Shown one piece after another: positions 42,775 to 56,246 of a DNA stretch of 64,000 bases (the stretch's first letter is position 1; each line of letters starts with the position of its first letter). Made by a program: the position numbers and the translations under genes. This DNA comes from Amoebidium appalachense (lineage: Eukaryota > Protista > Ichthyosporea): positions 11,092,328 to 11,156,327 of the forward strand of contig CAVNZM010000002.1 of assembly GCA_963693365.1 (NCBI GenBank), in the 5' to 3' direction. Under the pieces are notes generated by a model, which was given only the letters and a program-made list of their open reading frames with translations, did no database searches and had not been told where the DNA came from.

Positions 42775-43844
42775 CCCTCCCTCCTCACCGCTAGGTTAGG
42801 CTACTTTTCTCTCAGGTGGCCATTGGCAACCAGCTTGATCAGTACTTAAGGCTTCCCATAACTGGTTAACCGCGTCTCCTCACTCCCCCCCCCCCCCCCC
42901 CCCCCCCCCCAAGCCCCCTACTCCCTCCCCACTCTTTCTTTCCCTGCCCAAGTTCGTGACAGCCCCTTTTCCCCCTGGCCCGTGGCTCTAGGTTTCCCGT
43001 GCTCTTAATGTGCACACAATCAACACTACTATGATATGATCCCGAGTCCTGCAGGCCTTCGCTTGCCAAGCCCAAACACACGAAGTACGCAGTGACATCG
43101 GCGGAACACGTGTATAGAAGGCAAGGCTGGAGAGGGGTAAGGGGGGAGTTTAGTGGGAGGTGGTCATGGGAAGGGGTGGGGGAGGGGGGGGGGGGGGGGG
43201 GGGGAGGGGAGGGCGCCTGAGGGGGGATTGGAAACGAATTTTAGATCACAGCACCAATGACCGATAGCAAAAGGATAAGCGCAAACAGTGATCGTCAGAT
43301 TATTTGCCCGTGGCTTCCGGTTCGGTCTGCTACACATCTACCTTGTTAAGAGGGAGCGGGAAGGGGGGAGGGGGGGGGGGGGGAAGGGGGAGGGACGGAG
43401 GGGAGGGGGGGGGGGGTTTTGAAAAGTACCGTATGATACTTGTGCATGGGCGGGGCTCGTCTGCCAATGATTCTTTAAAATCTCTTATATGGCAGACTAG
43501 CGATTCAACTTCCATATTTAGCCTACTCCTGTGAATGTACGTCACTCATTCACCATGTACAAATAATAAGCTATAATACTATAGTAACACAATTGTTGAA
43601 CCTCCGCATAAAAGCAGTGAGTGAAACTCCCCCCCCGTTGACTCAATTGCACGATTGGACAGGAATCTTTCTAAGGCGAAACATTTCCGGACCTCCTGGT
43701 GCAAAAAAAATCCTGTGAGAGAGGGAGATCTAGAGAGGTCCTCTTGATCACGCTGGGCCAAATATGTAATTACCCAGTCTGCCTGCGGGCGCTTGGTGCC
43801 ACCACCCCCCCCCCCCCCAAAAAAAAAAAAAAAAAGAAAGAAAG

Positions 43845-43918
<74 letters not shown>

Positions 43919-44529
43919 AAACCGTGACACACACACACACACATGCACACACACACACACACTGCCACCACAACCACCACACACACACACCTCAGGGCCC
44001 TCGAGGCGGACTCCGGGGCTTTCAGTAGAATGCCAAAATAAAGCAAATGGGAGAGTTCCATAGAGATACACAAACTTTAAGGCTGAGTGCAACGGGAACC
44101 GTTTTAAAAGGCCATTAGCGGAAAATAATCAAGCAGTTGCGGGCAGTTCGTGTCTATTTACATTGTAAAAAGGCAAACTTTTTTCTGCCCACCTGCTATT
44201 GGGTTACCGTACTGCCTATAACTGGCAGTTGAATTAGATACAAGATGGGTCAACAGTATCATGCATAGTTTAGCAATAATTTGAGGCGACCAATATGATG
44301 CATCCGATGATATCGGAAGACTTGGAAATGACGAATGCATGCATGGCATTGCTTCACTGCAGGTCTAATCTGGTGGTCGCTCAAATGGCACTCTGCCTGC
44401 TGCCCAACTCCCTAAGTTATCTTTTTTTGGCCTTTGATTGTGGGACAGAGAATTCAATAAATCGGATTTGCGAATATGAATTTTACGGAGAACCGGCCCG
44501 GTCACCAGAGACTGTGCAAAAAGGATCCT

Positions 44530-44603
<74 letters not shown>

Positions 44604-45469
44604 CGCCGCGCCGCCCCCTCCCCTCCCCCCTTATTGCTACCCACGCGTACGGTTGCAACTGGCACCACCACCAGCAACCACGGTGGCATGGCGACCCACC
44701 TCGGCAGCATGTTTGGTTGCCATGTAAACTCACGTCGCAAAGCCATAGGGGATAATTATGTAATGCCGCTGACGTACGTGTGTGACACTGTATTTGTGTG
44801 TGTGATACTATGATTGTGTGAATGCACACGTGTGCCAACAAGAATATTTGCAACCTTTGCGGCTGATGGGGGAGGGGGGGGGGGAGGGAGAGAGGGGGGA
44901 GGTGGGTACACCTCGGTGCCCGAGGCTCGCGTTATACTGTCCCCAAATAGGCACACATACATGTGCGCATATGTGCGCGTGAAACACACCCACACTGCAC
45001 CGTGTCTGTAGAATCAAGCTTGGGGCAATGTGTGTGTGTGTGTGTGTGTTGGGGTGGGGGACTGCGCGGATATCGCCTGTAGCGTAGCAAATAAAAAATA
45101 AAAAATAAGGTTTAGAAAACACAAAATTCAATTTTGAACGGGGACAAACAGCGGGATGGGCATTTAACCTCTGATTTACCGAAATAATCAGAGTATGTGG
45201 GTAAAAAAGCACCCGTTCATTCATTTTGGGGAGGACACATGAACTTTTGGTGCCGCACATGCAGGCACATCTTATTTATATACAATGAAGTTGGCACCAC
45301 CATTATCATCCCCCACTCTTATAGGCAGCCACTCAGTCCACGCCCACTCGGTGTCTGGGGCAGATTGTTATATCTGTATAATTCCGCATTTTCTGAAAAG
45401 AAAGAGGAACTTTGCGCTTAGTTACAGCCAAAATCCCCCTAACAACTAAATTTCAAGCCAAGGACCCCC

Positions 45470-46253
45470 CTATGGCTCGGGGTCTGTGCCCTCGTTGATG
45501 CCAGCAAACAGGGGGGTGGACAGGTAGCGCTCTCCGGTGTCCGGCAGCATGGCAAGGATCGTCGACCCGGCAGGTGCCTTCTGTGCAACCTGCACGTGCA
45601 CGTGGTGTTAGAAATCTCGCTTAAACACGATAAGACCCCCCCGCCCCCTCCCCCCAACACACACACATACACACGAGAGCACGCGGCGCGCACACAGAAA
45701 ACTTTCCCCCGGAGCAAATCACCAGCCAAGAATTTCAGAAATTTGGACTGAGCAACGACCCCCCCTTCCCCTCCCCCCCCCCTCCTGAAATGGGACGAAC
45801 TGGTATGCGTGTGCAAAAGGCATAAATCCAAGAGGGGGAGATATGGATGGTGTGTGAGTGTGTAAACGGTGGTGGAGGTGGTGGCGGTGGTGCTGTTTTT
45901 TTTTTATCTTTATCTTTATTTTATTTTATTTTTTTTTTTGGGGGGGGGGGGGGGGGGGAGGGAGGGGGAGGGGGAGGTTGGATATTTGACCAGAGTAAAA
46001 ACGTAACAAGTTCACAAATAGGGGGACACAAGTACCTGCTGATTACTGTCTGCCTGTCTGTAGTGGTGGTGGAGGTGGTGGGGAGAGGGGGACTCGGGGA
46101 GGGGGAGAGGGGGACACAGGACACAAAAATAGCACCCTGACACACACGAAGAACCCAGTGAAATAGCATGCAAAGAGTATACGAAGCGCTTCAAAGCGGG
46201 GTCCAGACATATTATTTAAAAGGCATGGAAGCGGAGAGAAAGAAACCGGATCC

Positions 46254-46344
<91 letters not shown>

Positions 46345-46676
46345 CGGGAGGGGAAGGTGAAGAGAGAGACGAGAAAGGGAGCGACTGAATGGAGTAAGAG
46401 AGATAGAGTACACAAGGCGGGTATAAGAGGTGTTGTTATCAATACTAATAATATTCAGTCAAACTCACCCTGAGTGCAGCAGCAAAAGTAGCGCCAGCCG
46501 AAATGCCGCAGAAGATGCCCTCCTTGGAGGCCAGGGCAAGGGCCGTCTGGATGCTCTCCTCGTCCGTCACCGGCACAATCTCATCGTACACACTGCGGTC
46601 AACATTGTCCGCTACAAAGTCAGGTGTCCAGCCCTGGAGGTTAAAATTGCGAGTGTGAGCGGGTTGAAGGCATTGT

Positions 46677-46718
<42 letters not shown>

Positions 46719-47109
46719 TGGTGATGGCAGGGGGTGGTGAGGGGGTGGTGAGGGGGGGGGGGGGATGGATTCTTCCAGGTGTGAATCATGCTTTGCTGCC
46801 CCACACTTGTCTTTTTCCTCTGTAATACCCTGCCTGCTCTCGAACTGTTCACCCCCCTCCCTCCTCCCCCTCCCCCCTCCCCCGTGCCCAGGCACACCTC
46901 ACTTCTCCCCCCCCCTCCCCCAATCCACTCTCTAATCTGCCCCCCTCCTCCCCACAAAAAAACCTCCAAATTCCCCCTCGATTCCTAAACAGCTATCATG
47001 AGTGAGCAACCTTAAAGCAGGGGGGCCGTAGGCAAGAGGGGGGGCACCTCGCGATTATTAATTGTGGGCGCGGACGGGTGGGTAAGCAAGCTGAAGGGGA
47101 GGAGGAGGT

Positions 47110-47140
<31 letters not shown>

Positions 47141-47941
47141 GGGGGGAGGGGGGGGATATACAGAAGAGAGGGAGAGAAACCAAGCTTCTGAAGGAGAAAG
47201 CGTATTGATAACACACACTGCCTGTGTTTGTATGTGTGTTGGGGGGGGGGGGGGGGGGGGGGGAGAAGGGGGGAGAGGAAGAGGGGGCTTGAAATGTGTT
47301 TAGGGGGGTCTTTCTACCTGGATCTTGTGTGGGGCCCATGGCTTGCCGGACAGCAGGGCGGCACCAGCAGGCTCAGTGACGATGATCTTAGTCTCGGGCC
47401 GGGCCAGCTTAATCATTTGCCCGGCACCGGTCAGGGTGCCTCCCGTACCTGCGGAAAGAGGGGGGGGGGGGGGGGTTAGAACAGTGTGTTTATCCAGTGA
47501 GGTATGGTAAATGTCGCGAGGGGGGAGGGGGGATGGCTTTCCTGAGGAGATGCTACAATGGCTATTGCGTGACAATGGAGCGAGAACAGAGCTGCAGGCA
47601 TACAGGGAGGTCTGTGCAGGTGGCTTGTCGGTACGTATGTGCATTACACACGCACCCGTGTGTGTGTGTGTGTGATTGAGTGTGCGGGGGGAGGGGGGGG
47701 GGGGGGGGGGAGGAAAGGGAGGAAAGGTGGGGGAAGGGGGGGGGGGAATGGATAAGGGCAGAGGCCAGGTTGGTTCAGAGCAATGCCGAAGCGCTGGAGA
47801 AAACGAAGGGGGTTGGCGAGTGGGGAAAGGGTAAAGGCGGAGGGGGGTTGGCGAGGGGGGGGAGAGGATACATACCGTAGCCGGTGACCCAGTAATCGAG
47901 GCGCTGGCCAACAAAGTCCTGAAGAATCTCGGGGCCAGTCC

Positions 47942-47983
<42 letters not shown>

Positions 47984-48899
47984 GTAACGGTAAGGGGGGG
48001 AGGGACGGGAGGGGGGTTGAGTTGCCAGGTCAGTAGAAGTCACAAGCAGGACGCAAGTTCCCAAAAGAACCATCCTTCAGACCCTACTCTTGTAGGTGTT
48101 TGTGCTTGAGTGCATATGACTTAGGCAGAAGACGGAAGACTAGGATAGCGCAGTGTGGACGGCACAACGAATAAGGTGCTGACTTCTCCAGCACAGCTTT
48201 CCAAACATGCAAACCTCTTGTTCCTCTTGTTTGTCCCAGGAATAGAGGAGTGGAGCACACTAAATATGGGTGAAAGGAGGTGAGCAAGGAGCCTGATAGA
48301 GAGTAGCCCACCATTCACGACCACAACAGCCTCACGAGATAGAACAAACAAGCACACGCACAGCTTAGACAGACCACAATTGGACCCACAGAGCCAGCAT
48401 GCACACATGCACACACACAAGAGATTCACACATACGTGTTGCGGTGGTAAGCAGGGTTTGCCGTATTGCTGAACTGCCTGGTCAGGAACCAGCCGTGCTT
48501 CTTGGACAGCTCCTCGGCCTTCTTGACCATACCAGTGCCTCTCTCAGCCGCAGGCGTGAGGATGACCTTTGCACCCAGAGCCCTCATCACCTTCCTTCTC
48601 TCAACGGAGAATGTCTCGACCATTGTAGCCACAAAGGGATAACCCTTGGCAGCGCACACCATGGCCAGGGCAATACCCGTGTTGCCGCTGGTCGCCTCCA
48701 CGACCGTTTGGCCGGGCTTGAGCTTACCGGTCCTCTCTGCCTCCTCAATAACGGCAATAGCCAGGCGGTCTTTAACGCTGCTCAGAGGGTTAAAGTACTC
48801 ACACTTGACGTACATGTTGATGGTAGGCGGGGCCAACCGGTTAATCTTGACCACGGGCGTGCGCCCGATGGTCTGGAGGATGTTCTGGTAGATGGGCAT
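45470..48899 (-). CDS. cysK: Cysteine synthase A (O-acetylserine sulfhydrylase, PLP-dependent); exons 48899-48436, 47940-47876, 47448-47318, 46633-46469, 45589-45470; 314 aa
   Basis: Motifs IGRTPVV, NPLSSVKDR (PLP lysine), EATSGNTGIALA, TTGPEI, GTGGT, HKIQG, GISAGA, PDTGERYLSTPLF; intron phases are consistent. Confidence 0.95.
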
Positions 48900-49582
48900 G
48901 GTGAGGTCTCTTAACACCCACGATTGGGTGGTGTTGAAGGTGAGGGGAGGTGAGAAAACTGGGGGAGGAATGACAAGCAGGCGAGTTTTGCCCTGGGTGT
49001 ATGCGACAGGAGCTTTTTATTGATAAATAATACGGCCAGCTGATATGACGTCAACTTGGTCGTCGTGGCCCAGCCAACTGGCAGACGTCAGGTTCAACAA
49101 CATACGTTAAAACCACGCTGAAATGACTTCCATCCTATAAATATATGATATATACGCATTAATATATTAATTTGTATGCACTTGTCATTTGTCTAACGCT
49201 TACAGTACTATGTAATACATTTGTTTCGGTATTATTGATCAAATTGCACTAACGTCGGACAGCCAGATACTTTTGGTGACGTCAGTGGCTGTTGGGACGT
49301 GTTTGCGCAACGCAGCCTCAAATTCTTTTTTTCGGCCAATCAAAACCGGTTTGGATGGCGCAAAAGGCTGAGCACCAGCCTGACCAGGCACTGCCAGGCA
49401 GCCGCCGCCCGCCGGCAGCCGGGAAGAACTCGAAAAAGTAAACAGCCTTTTTATACACACGCTTATTGAGATTTGTACAACACAATATCAACACTGTATA
49501 AATTTTGATTTGATTTCGCCCAGACCATTCTTTTGTTCTGCATAAGTTGAGTTTCCTGGTTACGAATTCCGGGCCATTTTTA

Positions 49583-49928
49583 GAGAGCTAGGGCGGCGGG
49601 TTTTGGACTTTTGGGCCGGTCCGGGCTGGGTCAGCACAAACCGAAACTTTTTTGGGCTGGCAACGGTCTGGGTTGGGCTGGCTGAACTACCATATATGGC
49701 AAGTCCGTTTGCGCCAAAGCCATTAGAAAGAAAAGGTGGGGTTCGGAGGGATTTCTGTCTTTTCGAGGGGTACTATAGGCTCATAATTAGTGTTTGAGAG
49801 GGGATTACAGGGGTATCCAGCCCAAACACCTCCAGCCCAACCCGTTTAGTTTTCGGGCTGGTCTGGTCAGCCCTAACCTGAACGTTTTTCGGGCTGGTCC
49901 GGGACCAGACCAGACCGCCCCAGCTCTG
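49583..49928. mobile_element. hAT-like MITE (346 bp)
   Basis: TIRs GAGAGCTAGGGCGG / CCGCCCCAGCTCTG; 8-bp TSD CATTTTTA / CATTCTTA; multiple GGGCTGG/CCAGCCC subterminal motifs. Confidence 0.7.
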
Positions 49929-51897
49929 CATTCTTAATCAAAAAGCAAATATTCGGACGTCATGATTGGCGTACGCAAATTTTTGAATCTAACCCAGCCA
50001 ATGGTTGCTCCCCAGATCTGATACATTCTGCACCAATCAGTAGCAGGCCAACAATGGAAGAATTTCTGAAATTTGGCGGACTAAAATCCATGTCAAGGAG
50101 CTACTTCACTGTGAAAAAAAGTGGAGTGTGGGTGGCGAGAAAGAAAGGGGAAAGAAGCTGCCAACCACAGGGCTATTCAGAGTTCTTTACCAATTCCACA
50201 CGCAAGCGCTGTGCTTTATAAAATAATCCACGTGTACGTGCTTTACGATGTGCTTTGAGAAATTGTCCGTTGTGCTCTTGGAGGAGGAGAGAATTTCAAG
50301 GGAAAGTTGGGCTAGCCATCACAAAAACTAGGTTGCACTTATCGAGAAAAAATAAGAGATATTCGCTGTGATTGCAAGAGCTAAAGCACTCCAGGAATAC
50401 CAATTTATATAAACTGCATACGTAGTGTCAGTAGGCGGGAAAGAGCCGCGGACATTCAGGTAAGAAGTGGCAGAGCATGTGGGCAGGTGTGTGTTCGGTG
50501 TGTATGCGGTAGGTATACATATGAGGCCTCGAGTTTACATCAGATGTAGAACGGTGGTGAGAGAAGTAGATAATAGTATGTGCCTCTATTGCTATAGGAA
50601 GCAAGCGAAAAGGGCAGAGAGATAATTGAGATAACTTAAAGAGGTTGAAGTGCCTAGGAGGGGACAGTTTGATGAGTGTGGAGAAAACATAAGGTGTACA
50701 TATAAATTACATGCTAGTCGAGACACATTTGTTGCAGTTCTAGAGGTTCTCATATTTTAGTGCAGGGTGCATGGACAGGAACGTGTGTAATTTTTAATTC
50801 ATGCACATAAACCACGAGTCAGCCCCCGTGTGCATATACCAAAGATGGTTGCACGTGAAAATTCTAGCCTCTGAACGGCAGGTTGCTCAGCCTGTAATGA
50901 GTGGTGTCAATATCAAGACGAGGAGGGGCACACAGAATTGAACAGTACCACGTGCGCGCACAAGAACCCAAATTCGTGTGAGAGCCATTGTACTTTTGCT
51001 CATACTGTTTCTGAGTTACACAAAGAGAGAGCAAGTGCCGACGCAGGCAAAGATGTCCGACTCGCCACTGTGTAGACAACACCCAAATCCTCTCGGGTCG
51101 GCGGGAGAAATTCACTTGGGATGGCACAGAGGAAAGGCCACACATCCACACCAAATAAATCGAAACACACCCGTGGGGGCAATGACCCAAAGTGCATAGT
51201 CGATCAAGATCCCTTTCTTAGAGAAAAATTGCTACCAAGACACTAGTGATGCTTGGTATTTATTGTATATGTATGTCCATACCTCTACAAAACAACTTAC
51301 ATAAGAAGCTTTCACGAGCCTGTTAAACAGCTGTACATACACATAACCGCCACAACATACTATATACATACACACGGGCTTCCTGGCGTGTGCACGGTGG
51401 CTGGGTGTGGTCAACTTTGATGCAAGTTTGTGTCGAACACGGCGGCAGATCCGTGAGCGAGCATTGGTCACGGACGCAGACACTGCTTTCTGGGTATAAG
51501 GACCCATCCTCGGAGGCATTGATACCTTGCACATTGGGGTACCTATACAACATCATGGATAATTGGCGGGGGAAACGCTATACATTTGTATTGTGATACA
51601 TTGATGGGTCATGATCAATGGCGCCATATCCACAACACCTATAAAAACACAAAAAAAAGTGCGTATCAGCTATTGCACACACACTGTGAACAGGCAGGGG
51701 TTCTGACTCCAAACCTTCTTGCTTAGGTACATAGTCACAACAGAATCAGTCTCTTGTTTTTGTCATCTTCAAAAGTTGAAGGCATCTTGATCCTCAGTTG
51801 CTAGCACAGTGTATGTACCCAAGTTATAGTTTGTTGTCTTGTAAAGCATCCCCCATCCCTCCATTCTGGTTATAACTTTCAAAGCTGCTTTCCAAAA

Positions 51898-52896
51898 ATG
51901 GCAGCAACGGCAGAAGTCCCCCCCTTCAACCTCGAGAAGTCGCGCTACGACCAGCACACCTTCCTTGGTCGCTTCAAGCAGCTGGCAGACCAGTGCGACC
52001 CACGCACACTGTTGCCCGAGACATTCTTTGGCTTGTCGCTCGACGAATCCGTCTCTCTTCTGGACAAACACAAGAAGGAGGGGTCTGTTGCCGGTGTGTC
52101 GGACGAAAAACTATGGACTGCCAAGAAGATCGTTCAAGCATCCGTCCACCCAGACACGGGCGAGGTGCTTCTCCCGCCTTTCCGCATGGCGGGTTTTGCC
52201 GTGTTCAACACCCCCGTTGTCGTGGGTCTGCTCATCCCCAACCAGTCTCTCAGGGCCACCGTTCTGTGGCACTCTGCCAACCAAACGCACAATGCAGCCA
52301 TCAACTACGCCAACAGGAACGCGTCACAACCCACCCCCGTTAGCAAGTTGCTTGAGGGGTATGCCGGCGCCCTCATCTCCTCCGTGTCCCTGGCTGTGGG
52401 TCTGCAGGAGGCAGTGAAGAGGTCGAGCCTGAGTGCTGCTACAAAGGCCACAGCTTCTCGGTTTATTGCCTTCCCGGCCGTCGCATCTGCAGCCGTATGC
52501 AACATCACGTTGATGCGAAGGAACGAATTGACAACGGGCATTGAGGTGAAGGCGGAGGATGGTACCCCCCTGGGTGTGTCCCAGGCGGCAGCTAAGAAGG
52601 CACTCACGGAGACAGCAATGACACGTGTCGTGCTTCCCATCCCCTTGCTTCTTGGACCCCCCCTCCTTATGATGGCACTCGAAAAGACCCCCATTTTCAA
52701 GTCTATGCCCAAGGCTCGTCTTCCCGTCCAGGCGGCCATCTGCACGGCTGCCTTTGTGGTGGGTCTGCCGTTTGCTATTGCTCTGTTTCCACAGGAGGGG
52801 TCTATGCCAGTGACCGAACTAGAGCCACGGTTTGCTGGGGCGGTGGATGCAAGTGGGAGGAAGGTTGAGACGGTGGTGTATAACAAGGGGTTGTAG
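51898..52896 (+). CDS. SFXN: Sideroflexin (mitochondrial tricarboxylate/serine carrier family), intronless, 332 aa
   Basis: Motifs RYDQHTFLGRF, HPDTGE..PFRM, NQTHNAAINYANRNAS, FPAVASA, MRRNEL, ALFPQ, and C-terminal YNKGL. Confidence 0.95.
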   Translation: MAATAEVPPFNLEKSRYDQHTFLGRFKQLADQCDPRTLLPETFFGLSLDESVSLLDKHKKEGSVAGVSDEKLWTAKKIVQASVHPDTGEVLLPPFRMAGFAVFNTPVVVGLLIPNQSLRATVLWHSANQTHNAAINYANRNASQPTPVSKLLEGYAGALISSVSLAVGLQEAVKRSSLSAATKATASRFIAFPAVASAAVCNITLMRRNELTTGIEVKAEDGTPLGVSQAAAKKALTETAMTRVVLPIPLLLGPPLLMMALEKTPIFKSMPKARLPVQAAICTAAFVVGLPFAIALFPQEGSMPVTELEPRFAGAVDASGRKVETVVYNKGL

Positions 52897-53163
52897 GTGG
52901 TGAGAGGGGCATTGGGGGGAGGGGACGGGGTGTGGTGTGATGGGGGGGGGGGGGGGTACAGGCAGCAAGTTCCGGTCCCCTCTCCGCTAGGTCGTATAGT
53001 ACATAGGCCAGTGTGGTGATCTAATGCTATATCCTGTCCTACTCATAAACAGAGCCTGACGTGTATCTTTGCTCAAGTTTCCTCATTTTTCTTTGGCTCA
53101 TAACGTTTTGTTTTGAAGCACATCCAGTGGCTGGTTCTGTGTAATACATCATGTACATCTTAA

Positions 53164-53221
53164 CCTTTTGAGGTGGTGTTTTCATCCCTTCCCCTCACAC
53201 GCCCCGTCAACCCCCCCTTCC

Positions 53222-53261
<40 letters not shown>

Positions 53262-53449
53262 CCGCCCGGTGCAAAGTTTCTTGTCCATTTGGGTCAGTGT
53301 ATTTCGTGCAGTGCCAAAGCCCCCCCCCCCCCCCCCCCCTCCCCCCCCCCCCCGCCCCCAATCTCCGGGTTTCCCCATCCACGCTTCAAGCGCACACAAC
53401 AGAGGGCCTCCCATCACCCCCCCCCCCCCCCCCCCTCCCCCCGCCCCCT

Positions 53450-53485
<36 letters not shown>

Positions 53486-53823
53486 ACAGTCATCGTGAAG
53501 TATCCAAACTCTGGGCTGCTTCTTTATTCGACCAGTCTCCATTTATTCTTCTTTTGCTAGATATTTGTGGTTAAAAAATTCCATGGGTCCCACGTGCATT
53601 GACTCTCTCTATGTCACGGTTCGTTTTCTATTTTCAGATGCTTCGTATGGTCCTTTTCGTCTGCGTCTTTGTGCCCCCCGCCTCCCCCCCTGGCCCCCCA
53701 AACCCACCCACCTACCCACCCGGCCACCAAAACACCCATACCAAAAAAAAAATCTAAAAAAGAAAAAAAAGAAAGAAAAGAAAACAAGGCAGAGAACACT
53801 CATGATAGGGGAGTGAGGCCCAG

Positions 53824-53920
<97 letters not shown>

Positions 53921-54055
53921 TGGTGGTGGTGGTGGTGGTGGTGGTGGGGGGGGGGGGGGGGGGGGGGCATTGGCTTAAGGTTGGGGCTAGATTCAAGCAT
54001 TGCACCCAGTGCAACGAACTGTCATTTAGCCTTGGCTGCAGATGCCTGTGCTGCA

Positions 54056-54094
<39 letters not shown>

Positions 54095-54253
54095 TCGAGA
54101 GGGGAGGGGGGGAGCCGGTGGGGGAGGGGGGGGGGGGGGGGGGGGAGACCAGGGCAGGCAACATGGGCCTTTTGGAGAACTTAATTTTTTATTGAGAAAT
54201 ATCGTCAAAAAGATATTAGCCTTTAAAAACCAGGGATGAGAGTTCCTTAGGGG
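53164..54253. mobile_element. Possible non-autonomous piggyBac-like element
   Basis: Flanked by TTAA|CCTTTTGAGG and CCTTAGGGG|TTAA; the TIR match is imperfect and there is no coding capacity. Confidence 0.3.
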
Positions 54254-54635
54254 TTAACCGTCTTAATTAATTAATTATAATGCAGCATACGTTTACCAAA
54301 TGGCAGTGGGAAAAAATATCAGCTACCTGGTTGCATTACAAATGCAAAACACAAGTCTAATGTCATACTAAATACAGTTTCTAAAAATCTTTGCATCCGT
54401 GACACCGGTAAATGGGTCCTAAATATATTAGGCAGAAAATTGCTAAATATCGTATCTAATAAACGAAAAACAAGTCATTTATCACATCGGCCAACCAGTA
54501 CCACACACCTAACCCATGCACACCATGTGTATCCTCCAGCACGTTCCAACTAAATTGATCCGATTCTCCCATCACACACAAACAATTCCCGAAACTCACA
54601 TACACACCATCCTCCCCAAGTACCAATTCAATTAT

Positions 54636-54705
<70 letters not shown>

Positions 54706-54796
54706 ACCATACCCCCCTCCCTCCACCCTCCTCTCCCCTCCCCTTCCGGTTGTCAGAGGGGCACGTGCACGTGGCACTCGAATGATCTCGACCTTT

Positions 54797-55019
54797 CTAG
54801 TCCTCGTCCCTGCCCTCGACCTTGAGACTCTGCTCGTAGAGCTGGGCCTCCTGCCAGGGCAGGTCCAGGTCATAGAGGTACTTGTGCAGGGTGTTGGCCA
54901 CCGTCAGGTTGTAGGCTATGCGCTGGTAGCCCTGGATCAGAAGGATCACACTGCAGGAATAATAGCATGGTGTCAGTGCCTTTGTTTTTCTTTTCTTTTC
55001 TTTTTTTCCCTCCCCCCCC

Positions 55020-55053
<34 letters not shown>

Positions 55054-55801
55054 TCCTCCTCCTCCTCCTCCTCCTCCTCCTCCACCCCCAGTCCCTTTTC
55101 CTTTCTTTTCCTTTGATTTCATTTTCTCCTCTGTACTTTCTTTTCTCTCCTTTTGTCGCGGGGAAGGCGGGAGGAGAAGAGGGGGGAGAGGGGGGAGGGG
55201 GGAAAGGGGGAGGGGGGGGGGGGGGGGGGGGGGCACACACACAAATTAAACACCTCTAAGTCCCTCTCAGCCCTCTGAATAATCACAACCGCTGGGAGAT
55301 GCATGAAACGGATTAGGCGAAAGACACGAACCGGGTTAAAACACGGTAGCATGGGTGTGCAAGTACACCTTTGTTGCAGGGTATGCTTGTTGGTGTGCAT
55401 ATATACACGTACCCTGCAAACAGCCTGCGCTTGTTGAAGTTGAGCAGTCCGCTGGGCAGCTTGCTGGGGTTGCCCTCCTCGATGAACGTAAGGTCCGTGA
55501 GGTAGATCCCTGTGTGTGCACACGGTGAGCACACGTGCATACATGTGCATGGTAAATTATCGTGTACTACGTAGATTGAGAGGCACGTGTGGGATCCGGA
55601 AGCGGAAAGAGGGAAAAAGTGGGTGGGAGGGGCTTGGTGCGAACAGGTGTCCTTGTGTGTGTTTTTGTGTGTGTGTATGTCTATGTGCGTGTGTGTGCTA
55701 AGGGAGCTCATGAGAGGGAAAAACATGGAGTGAGACAATGAATGCATGATTGACCCGTGTAGAGGGGGGAGTAATCGTGGCGGGTGGATGATATCCCCCC
55801 G

Positions 55802-55840
<39 letters not shown>

Positions 55841-55927
55841 GGGGGGGAGGGGGGGGGAGGGGGGGAGGGGGGAGGGGGGGGGGGGGGGAGGAATAAATGG
55901 AAGAGAGCGGGCTCATTTTATGATGGC

Positions 55928-55992
<65 letters not shown>

Positions 55993-56215
55993 GTTGGGGG
56001 GGGGGGGGGGGGGGGGGGGGAGGGGGGGGGAGGAGGAGCTGGGAGAGTTGAGAGGTTGCCCCGATAGCTAGCGATGAGGCTTAATGCTCGCACACATCTG
56101 CATCCGTTTATGCGCATAGGTAGAGGTAGACAGGCGAGACGGGGAGGGTGGACGTTTCTTACTTTCTTTCTTTCTTTTTTTTTCTTTTTTTTGGAGGGAG
56201 GGGTTAGGGGGAAGG

Positions 56216-56246
<31 letters not shown>

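Larger units (their letters stand above)
40230..44500 (+). repeat. Diverged tandem duplication of a ~2-2.5 kb non-coding unit
   Basis: Collinear shared blocks: TGTGGGAC (about 40237/42458/44438), CCGGTGGTCRTGGCTTGTCAA (about 40313/42542), GGTTTCCCGTGCTCTTAAT (about 40714/42991), CTGGTGCAAAAAA..TCCTGTGA (about 41010/43696), CACACCTCAGGGC (about 41202/43986), CTGCCTATAACTGG (about 42243/44212), GAGGCGACC..ATGATGCAT (about 42305/44283). Confidence 0.7.

Noticed and set aside
48399-48914. 171-aa plus-strand ORF
   Set aside because: Antisense shadow of cysK exon 1.
50000-51800. 1.8-kb microsatellite-free region upstream of the sideroflexin gene
   Set aside because: Only short ORFs with no recognisable homology; may be a decayed element or promoter, but not supportable.
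52305-52886. 193-aa antisense ORF
   Set aside because: Shadow of the GC-rich sideroflexin CDS.
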